A DNA stretch of 64,000 nucleotides from a virus. Location: the IMG/VR virus record IMGVR_UViG_3300013426_000002, positions 32,001 through 96,000 of that record. One strand, written 5' to 3'. The translations under genes were made by a program, and so were the position numbers. Positions 8,458 through 15,500 of the stretch are shown here, piece by piece (position 1 is the stretch's first letter; every line of letters begins with the position of its first letter). The notes under the pieces were generated by a model that saw only the letters and a list, made by a program, of their open reading frames with translations, was not told where the DNA came from and searched no databases.

Positions 8458-8899
8458 CTATATAGTTAGTAATTTCGGAAGGATTAAAAATTTAAAGAAT
8501 AACAACTTTTTAAAACCACAAGATAATCGAAATGGTTATTTAAAAGTATGTTTATCCAAACATGGAAAGGTTAAACAATTTTTGATGCATAGATTAGTAG
8601 CAGAATTGTTTATAGATAATCCAAACAATTTACCACAAGTTAATCATAAAGATGAAAATAAGAAAAATAATAATTTTTCTAATCTAGAATGGTGCACTAA
8701 AAAGTATAACATGAATTATGGTAAATTAAAAAACTTTCATAAAAAAGAAATTGCAAAATATGAAAATGGATACTTTAAATGTAAGTATAATTCTTTGAAA
8801 GAAGCTGCAGAAATAAATAATTTATCTAAAAGTTCTATTAGTCGTTGTTGCAAAGGACTACAAAAAACATATGTTGGATTTACGTGGAAATATATTTAA
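8411..8899 (+). CDS. Free-standing HNH homing endonuclease
   Basis: 162 aa. The HNH core is HRLVAELFIDNPNNLPQVNHKDENKKNNNFSNLEW. The N-terminus has the NUMOD-like SNFGRIKN motif, and the C-terminus has a helix-turn-helix-like segment SLKEAAEINNLSKSSISRCCKG. Confidence 0.85.
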   Translation: MSSGNKEIWKKIEDYDYIVSNFGRIKNLKNNNFLKPQDNRNGYLKVCLSKHGKVKQFLMHRLVAELFIDNPNNLPQVNHKDENKKNNNFSNLEWCTKKYNMNYGKLKNFHKKEIAKYENGYFKCKYNSLKEAAEINNLSKSSISRCCKGLQKTYVGFTWKYI

Positions 8900-8983
8900 A
8901 AATGGAAAGCTAAAGATATATCCGATGCCATAAAATTAAACGGATTTGAAGTTATTAAAAATTGGTTAAAAGAAACAATATGA
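8900..8983 (+). pseudogene. Orphan duplicate of the primase C-terminus (KWKAKDISDAIKLNGFEVIKNWLKETI-stop)
   Basis: Positions 8906-8965 encode KAKDISDAIKLNGFEVIKNW, compared with KAKDISDAIKLNSFETIKNW at primase 8344-8403. That is 18/20 aa and 47/60 nt identical, and 9 of the 13 nucleotide changes are synonymous. The segment has no start codon. Its stop overlaps the ATG at 8980 as ATGA. Confidence 0.7.
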
Positions 8984-9558
8984 TATGGTTTACTTCAGAT
9001 CTACATTTCTTTCATGATCGTATTTTAGAATTCCATCCAAAACGTAAAGAGTTGTTTGGAAATACTGTTGAAAAAGCTAAAGAAGCTATGATACAATTAT
9101 GGAATTCCAGAGTAAATAAGAAAGATACAGTATATATTCTTGGTGATTTAGCATTTGGTGAAGTAGAAGATAAAAGAAAACTATTTCAAAGACTAAATGG
9201 TAATAAAGTATTAATACTTGGCAATCATGATAAAATACCAGATCATTTAAAATGCTATTTTAATCATATTACTCAAATCAAGAATATTAAGTTTAAGAAA
9301 TCTGTATATAATTTCTTATACAAAGATCTAAATGTTATTATGTGTCATTTTCCAATGTTAAGTTGGGAACATAAAGATAAAGGATCGATTATGTTACACG
9401 GTCATTGTCACGGAAAAGTAGATAAAATAAATACAGATTCTAAAGAATTAAGAGTGGATGTAGGTATAGATGCAAGTCTAGCTAACTATGACTTAATATC
9501 TTTAGAGAAACTTTCTAAATATTTAGAAAAACATGACAATAACAACAACACCATTTGA
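8980..9558 (+). CDS. Calcineurin-like metallophosphoesterase
   Basis: The motifs are SDLHFFHD, GDLAFG, GNHD and HGHCHG. The ORF track begins at a TTG (8962). The ATG at 8980 (MIWFTSDLHF) is the likelier start. Confidence 0.8.
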   Translation: MIWFTSDLHFFHDRILEFHPKRKELFGNTVEKAKEAMIQLWNSRVNKKDTVYILGDLAFGEVEDKRKLFQRLNGNKVLILGNHDKIPDHLKCYFNHITQIKNIKFKKSVYNFLYKDLNVIMCHFPMLSWEHKDKGSIMLHGHCHGKVDKINTDSKELRVDVGIDASLANYDLISLEKLSKYLEKHDNNNNTI

Positions 9559-9676
9559 ATTGGCACTTATTGTATTTATTTCCAATATTAGTGCTGTGTT
9601 AATCTGTGAAGGAATTGAAGCTATAGTAGAAGCATATGAAAACTACAAAAAGAAGAAAAAAGACTTCACAAAATAA
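9533..9676 (+). CDS. Possible 47-aa small membrane protein (below the ORF-track cutoff)
   Basis: The ATG at 9533 gives MTITTTPFELALIVFISNISAVLICEGIEAIVEAYENYKKKKKDFTK. It has one hydrophobic helix and a basic tail. It fills the 9559-9635 gap and overlaps both neighbours. Confidence 0.3.
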   Translation: MTITTTPFELALIVFISNISAVLICEGIEAIVEAYENYKKKKKDFTK

Positions 9677-10043
9677 AAAGGTTAAAAATGCTACACCTAA
9701 TATATATGATGGAATACAATTCAAATCACAATTAGAAACATATGTTTATAAACAATTAAAGGCTCATAATCTTAAAGCAGAATATGAGCCTATTAAATTT
9801 GAATTATTACCATCATTTACATTTTGTGGCAAGAAAATTCGTGCTATGACTTATACTCCAGATTTTGTTGGAGATAATTTTATCATTGAAGCAAAAGGTA
9901 GACCTAATGATGTGTTTCCGTACAAATGGAAATGGTTTATGTGGTCTTTACTAAACAAAGGTTTAGCTGAGAAGTATAAGTTATTTATAGTACATAATCA
10001 TAAAGAAACTGATGAATGTATTAGACGAATTCAAGAATTATAA
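9636..10043 (+). CDS. T7 endonuclease I (gp3)-like Holliday-junction resolvase
   Basis: The pattern SQLE..V.KQL...NLKAEYE ... YTPDFVGDNFIIEAKG matches the T7 endonuclease I core S.LE..V.KQLE.KG..FEYE ... YTPDFLLPNGIFVETKG. Confidence 0.7.
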   Translation: MKTTKRRKKTSQNKKVKNATPNIYDGIQFKSQLETYVYKQLKAHNLKAEYEPIKFELLPSFTFCGKKIRAMTYTPDFVGDNFIIEAKGRPNDVFPYKWKWFMWSLLNKGLAEKYKLFIVHNHKETDECIRRIQEL

Positions 10044-10191
10044 AAGAGAATTCATACAAAAAGTAGAAGAAATAAAATTTATCTCTACCAACACTTTCTT
10101 TAATGATGAATTTAATAAATATTTATTTATTAAAGACAAAACCAAAAAATCTAAGAAAATAGGATATGAAAATAACTGCAATTAGTGATTT
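10012..10191 (+). CDS. Possible 59-aa ORF bridging the 10044-10165 gap
   Basis: The ATG at 10012 gives MNVLDEFKNYKREFIQKVEEIKFISTNTFFNDEFNKYLFIKDKTKKSKKIGYENNCN. It overlaps both neighbouring genes and has no motif. Confidence 0.25.
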
Positions 10192-10852
10192 ACATGGCAA
10201 TCTTATTGATATAGAACCATGTGATACATTATTAATTTGTGGAGATATCTCACCATTAGAAATTCAAAGAGACTATATACAAATGACTAAATGGGCCTTT
10301 AATGAATTTCAAAAGTGGATTATGAATCTACCTTGTGATAGAGTAATACTTACTCCAGGTAATCATGATTTCTGGTTTGAAAAAATGATTACTCAACCTC
10401 AAACATATTTGTTTGATAAATTAACTATTTTAATTAACGGAGAAGTAAATATTTATTCAGGCGCAGATGACAAATACTACAAAATATATGGTACACCTTA
10501 TTGTAAAGAATTTGGTAATTGGGCTTACATGCCTGGAAATACAAAGCTACCCGATCTTTATAAAAAAATACCAGAAAATGTAGACATTCTGATTTGTCAT
10601 GATTCTCCTCTAGTAGGATACGTGGGGAACATTATGGAGCAAAAGAGTGAAGATTATCCTTACGGAGTGCCAGCAGGTAATAATTATTTATTTAATGAAA
10701 TCGCGAAAAAAGATCCAAAGTATGTATTATCAGGGCACATTCATTCCGGAGACCATTCTTTACAGAAATATTTAAATACAAAATATGCTAATGTAAGTAT
10801 ATTAGATGAATCTTATTCGATTAAATACAAACCACTAACATTTGAATTATGA
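10166..10852 (+). CDS. Calcineurin-like metallophosphoesterase (second copy type)
   Basis: The motifs are ISDLHGN, CGDIS, PGNHD, CHDSP and SGHIHSG. Confidence 0.8.
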   Translation: MKITAISDLHGNLIDIEPCDTLLICGDISPLEIQRDYIQMTKWAFNEFQKWIMNLPCDRVILTPGNHDFWFEKMITQPQTYLFDKLTILINGEVNIYSGADDKYYKIYGTPYCKEFGNWAYMPGNTKLPDLYKKIPENVDILICHDSPLVGYVGNIMEQKSEDYPYGVPAGNNYLFNEIAKKDPKYVLSGHIHSGDHSLQKYLNTKYANVSILDESYSIKYKPLTFEL

Positions 10853-11013
10853 AAAATTACGAAAAGATTAACGTTAAATTGGATGAACAGAATATGGTAG
10901 AAGAATTTAACCAAGTAGAATTAGATATTATGTTGTCTTGTGATGAATATAATGATATGATGACTTATGCTAGTACAAATGCATATGAAAATTTAATTTT
11001 ACTTGAAGAATAA
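10849..11013 (+). CDS. Small acidic 54-aa protein, translationally coupled on both sides
   Basis: The ATG at 10849 overlaps the upstream stop as ATGA. Its TAA at 11011-11013 shares its last base with the next ATG (11013). The sequence is MKNYEKINVKLDEQNMVEEFNQVELDIMLSCDEYNDMMTYASTNAYENLILLEE. It exactly fills an otherwise non-coding gap. Confidence 0.45.
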   Translation: MKNYEKINVKLDEQNMVEEFNQVELDIMLSCDEYNDMMTYASTNAYENLILLEE

Positions 11014-12008
11014 TGGATATAACTATACCATATTATGAAGACCTTACTCGTATAAGCAATTCTAATATCGGTTGGTTCCTAAAAAAAGGACCAAGATATC
11101 TTAAAGAAATGCTTGATGGAAAAGAAGGATTAAAAGCTAGTTTTCTGGATAAAGGTACTATGATCCATGAATATATTCTTCAACCAGAAGAATTCTGGAA
11201 AGACTATATTATATTAGATTTTGCAGTACCTAAAGTAAAACAACAAAAAAATTTACTTGAATTCTATTCTGCTGCAAGACTCGTTGATCCTCTTGCATCT
11301 GAAGATCACATATTACTTATGAGTTATGAAGCAGCTTATGATAATAATAAATCTGAAGAAAAGAAAATTCAAGAGGCAAAAGAATTAGTAGAATTATATC
11401 AAAATTATATAGAATACTTTAGAAATAAAGATTCTAAAAAAGTAATATCATTTGCAGACCTTAATATGCTAAAAGCAATTAAGAAGAATATGGAAGATCA
11501 TAAGAAAGCAAATGAATTATTATTTAACTATCCAGAAACATTTGAAGTTCATAATGAATTTCATATCAACTGGGAATATCCTAACGCTTCTTCGTTGGGA
11601 GATCTACCATGTAAGTCATTATTAGATAGAATAATGATAGATCATACAAATAAAAAAATAATATTAGTGGATATAAAGACGACAGCTGATGTTTATAATT
11701 TTAAACATTCTATAGAAGAATTTGATTATTGTCGTCAACTAGCTTACTATTGGTTGGCTATCCATTGGTATTTTAAAAACGAACTAAAACTTAATATTGA
11801 AGAATATGAATACGAAACTTATATTGTTGCAGTACAATCTCATGATGGGTATGAAGTTAGAGTCTTTAAATTCAATCCTGAAACAATTGAGGAAAGGCTT
11901 GTAACTATAGACTATGCCATAAAACGAATCGCATGGCATAAAAACAATGATCTATGGGATCATATGAAAGAATACTATGATGAAGATGGTGCTGAAATGA
12001 TATGTTGA
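11013..12008 (+). CDS. PD-(D/E)xK (RecB/Cas4-like) exonuclease
   Basis: It has the D...(D/E)xK core ILVDIKTT and the downstream QLAYYW (QxxxY) motif typical of the RecB-nuclease family. 331 aa. Confidence 0.65.
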   Translation: MDITIPYYEDLTRISNSNIGWFLKKGPRYLKEMLDGKEGLKASFLDKGTMIHEYILQPEEFWKDYIILDFAVPKVKQQKNLLEFYSAARLVDPLASEDHILLMSYEAAYDNNKSEEKKIQEAKELVELYQNYIEYFRNKDSKKVISFADLNMLKAIKKNMEDHKKANELLFNYPETFEVHNEFHINWEYPNASSLGDLPCKSLLDRIMIDHTNKKIILVDIKTTADVYNFKHSIEEFDYCRQLAYYWLAIHWYFKNELKLNIEEYEYETYIVAVQSHDGYEVRVFKFNPETIEERLVTIDYAIKRIAWHKNNDLWDHMKEYYDEDGAEMIC

Positions 12009-12475
12009 TAGATAAATATACTAAGCATAGTATATTTTCACTTCCACAAATTTTTGGTGATATTTTAAGCAAACGTGACTTGGATGATAGTGAATTTGTT
12101 AACATGTATATGAACGATGTTAATAATCCACTTCTTTCAAGTCACGTTTTTTTAGTATTTCATAATATAAAACCTTATTTGTTAAATGCTTTAAAGCAGC
12201 ATCATTTATTTCACTGTAGTTATACTATAACTATGAGTAAGATTAAATATACAGTTTTAGCTTTTAATAGAGCTTACTGTATACACGTTATAACTAGAAA
12301 GATTGAATATGGATTATATAAATCACTTGGTTATGAAACAAAAATCAAGATATTGAATTTTTGGAATGCTGGAGTAAATGGTAAATTACACAGGTATCTA
12401 TTTGATGAAAATGCTAAAACAATAAAACCATTAAGTGAAAATATTACATTACAAGACACAATAAAGCCCCAATAG
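12002..12475 (+). CDS. Hypothetical protein (last + strand gene)
   Basis: 157-aa ORF overlapping the upstream stop. No motif was recognised. It ends inside the terminator hairpin. Confidence 0.5.
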   Translation: MLIDKYTKHSIFSLPQIFGDILSKRDLDDSEFVNMYMNDVNNPLLSSHVFLVFHNIKPYLLNALKQHHLFHCSYTITMSKIKYTVLAFNRAYCIHVITRKIEYGLYKSLGYETKIKILNFWNAGVNGKLHRYLFDENAKTIKPLSENITLQDTIKPQ

Positions 12476-12495
12476 TATAATACTAAAGGGGCTTT
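12462..12495. terminator. Bidirectional intrinsic terminator between convergent modules
   Basis: AAAGCCCC (12463-12470) pairs with GGGGCTTT (12487-12494). An inner TAGTA/TACTA helix lies within the loop. T-rich tracts follow the hairpin on both strands. It lies between the + strand gene ending at 12475 and the - strand gene ending at 12528. Confidence 0.75.
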
Positions 12496-12527
12496 ATTAT
12501 TGCCTTTAAAATTTTTAGGGCTATATA

Positions 12528-15500
12528 CTAAAAGATTGAAATCAAGTTATCATAATATTCTAACTTAGATCTTGGATCTCTTGCTTCATATATACTTCTT
12601 AGAGGAGTTGACTTAATTAAGGATCGTTGGAATCGGTTTAAACCACGATATGGTCCTCTATTTATTTCTTGAAATGGATCTTGCAACGCTACAGTAGTTA
12701 AGTCTCCCCAATACTGTAACGTAGACCAAGCTGCTGTAGGACTATTAAGCATATTAAATACTTCAATAGGTAACACATTACCACGAGTTTCCAAAGAGGC
12801 TCTTAAAGTAAGATATGCTGCTTCTTGTTTCCACCAATTATCCCTGTCATCATCTGCCATAGCACGTATTATGGAAGAAATCAACCAGAAACCCAAAGTA
12901 GAAAATAAAAATTCATATGTGACTCTCTTTAGGCAACCCTTTTCGTAATCATCTAATTCATCATAATGATCTTTATACAATTCTTTTAATTGATCAATCT
13001 TGCTTTTGTCAAAATAGTGTCTTTTTACATATTCATAAGCCGCAGGAATTTGCGCTTCATTCCACAATCCTGTAGAATAGTTGAATTGTCTCTTAGTTAA
13101 GAATTTTGTTTGCAGATTAACCAAAATAAAATTACGGTATATTAATAATAACTGACCAATCAAATTGGAATGTAATTTTGATTTATCCAAATCTGATAAC
13201 TGTGTGTCAATTCTAGTAGCAATTTGTTTAGTAGTGTTTTTTATTCTATTAGAAAGGTTTTCATCAACCACATTAGCATACTCTGGTTTTACTACTAATT
13301 GATTGTTTTTAACTTCAAAAGCATCAAAAAATGTGATATTTAATGCATTCCAAGCAGCTTTACCTTTTTTCTTATCTTTAAATCGTCTTAGAAATTGATT
13401 TTTATTTAAAAATTTACCAGTTTCAGGATCATATTTATTGAAATATGCAACAGATAGTGCTAGTTTACCCTTAGTGATTATATCACCTATTTCGTGACCA
13501 AAATACCAATAATGTTGATTTAGAGCTCGCAGTAAACGAGATTGGTTTAATTTACTAAATGTTTGTTCGTTGTCTCTAACTACACCCAAGTATTCAAGAT
13601 AACACAATACCTTGTTTTTATTATTGGCTTTACCTATGTTTTTAATCGCATCTGCGTATGCTGGTAGTAAAGTCTTCGTTGCTTTGGCAAGTTCTTCATT
13701 TCCAAAGTAAATGCCAGAAATTGCTTCCAACCTGTTTTGAATTTTATTAGTAATTAAACCTGTCAAGATAACGTTTAAGTTCTGTGATATACCTTGAATT
13801 CTGGTATATGCTGCTAAGTTACTAACCAATTTATCTATGCTTACTCTTGCATGCTTACCTTTTGGTAACGGTATATTAACTTCTTTAGCATCTTTTTCCA
13901 TACCGTAGACAAAACGATTCATCAAATCCTTCATTTTGTCATAAGTTTTACTTTCTACTCCAGATATTCTGCCACCCTTTCTATCTTTAAAATCCATTCT
14001 ACCAACAAAGTCCAAAGCTAACTCTAATTCAGGAGCAACTTCACTCATCTTTTCGTAGTTTACAGCCATTTTATAATAATGAATAATAGAACCTACTATA
14101 TCGTTAGTTATGGCATCAGGATTGTCTAACATTTTGATATACCTTGTGGGTATTAATTTCACCAAAGAACCATCAGATCTTTTAGCATTTTCTAACATAT
14201 ATCTGTCATCATCATCTTTTACTGTATAAAGATCATGTGCAGCATACGCTATACCACTTAAGAAGTTATCTTTACTACGTATTTGAGTCCACGCACCACC
14301 TTCAATTTGAGGTAATTTATATTTATTAGCATATCTCAAAAAACCTATCTTAGAATTGGATAAGTCCATTACATCTGTTAAAGCATCGTATAATGCTTTT
14401 AATTTAGGATCACTAACAATTTTGTTATAAGCAGCAGTGTTATCGAAGTACTTGATATTTGGTATTATTGTCTCACCACGATCTTCATATTTAGTAAATC
14501 TAGGATCATAAAATGGGGATTCTCTATCAATTTCTGCCCACGATTTATTTGGTATTCTTTCTACGTATTTTGATTTAAATTCATCCTTTGGAACTAGCTT
14601 ACGCCAAAAAGAAGCAGGTACGATGTCACCCCGAGAAGTATATCTTGCATTTACAGAGAACCACGCGTTAAATGCAGCTTCACCCTGTTTCTCCATATGT
14701 TCGTATTCTTCGTAGAATTTAGGGTTAATATTCCATTTAGCTATTTCCATTACTCTAGATTTTTTTTGTTTATCTCTATTTGCAATAGCTTCATCGGATA
14801 TCATTACATCATAAGTGTTTATCATAGATTTAACGTTTTCAGGCATAGCGTCTACGTTAAATGTACCATCTTCTCTTGCATATAATTTTAAAAGATTTTT
14901 TCTAGCATTCTCATACAATACTTGATTGTCAGATTTAATTGGATTTGAAGATAACATTTTAACGTCTTCCCAAAAATCTTCTTTTATTCTTTCAACAGAA
15001 TTTCTTTGTTCCCATTTTTCAAACAGCTCTGGAGAAAGATTCTTTTTAGCAGCTTCTCTGGCTTTGTTGTATTTCTCCATATTTGGTTTATAATTCAACT
15101 TAGCTCTAAGTTTTTTATTATATTGCTGCATTTCCTTGGCTATCTCCAAATCTAAACCTGCTTTTGTAGTGCCATCTGCATAAAAAGGATTTGCCAAATT
15201 ACGTCTACCATTTTCTAATTCTTGCAATTTGCCATAATCTTCATCGGATAATAATTCTCTATGTGGGTTACCATCTTTGTCCCTAGTTTTGTTAAGAAGT
15301 AGATTGATTTCCATATTAATTGTATCTCTTCTTGTTCTAGCTTCTTCACTAAGACTGTTGGTCAATTCGTAATATTCTGGTACAAATCTACGGATACTGT
15401 ATTTAGAATGCCATTTGTTATTCTCGGTATTCCAAATTTTTAATTGCTCTTTATTTAATAGAGCAGGTACTTCTGATAAGTCTTTATCTCCAAATCCTAA

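Noticed and set aside
8962-8979. The TTG start at 8962 for the phosphoesterase (MVKRNN...)
   Set aside because: Those six codons are the tail of the duplicated primase fragment read in another frame. The ATG at 8980 gives MIWFTSDLHFFHD, beginning just before metallophosphoesterase motif I, and it overlaps the remnant stop as ATGA.
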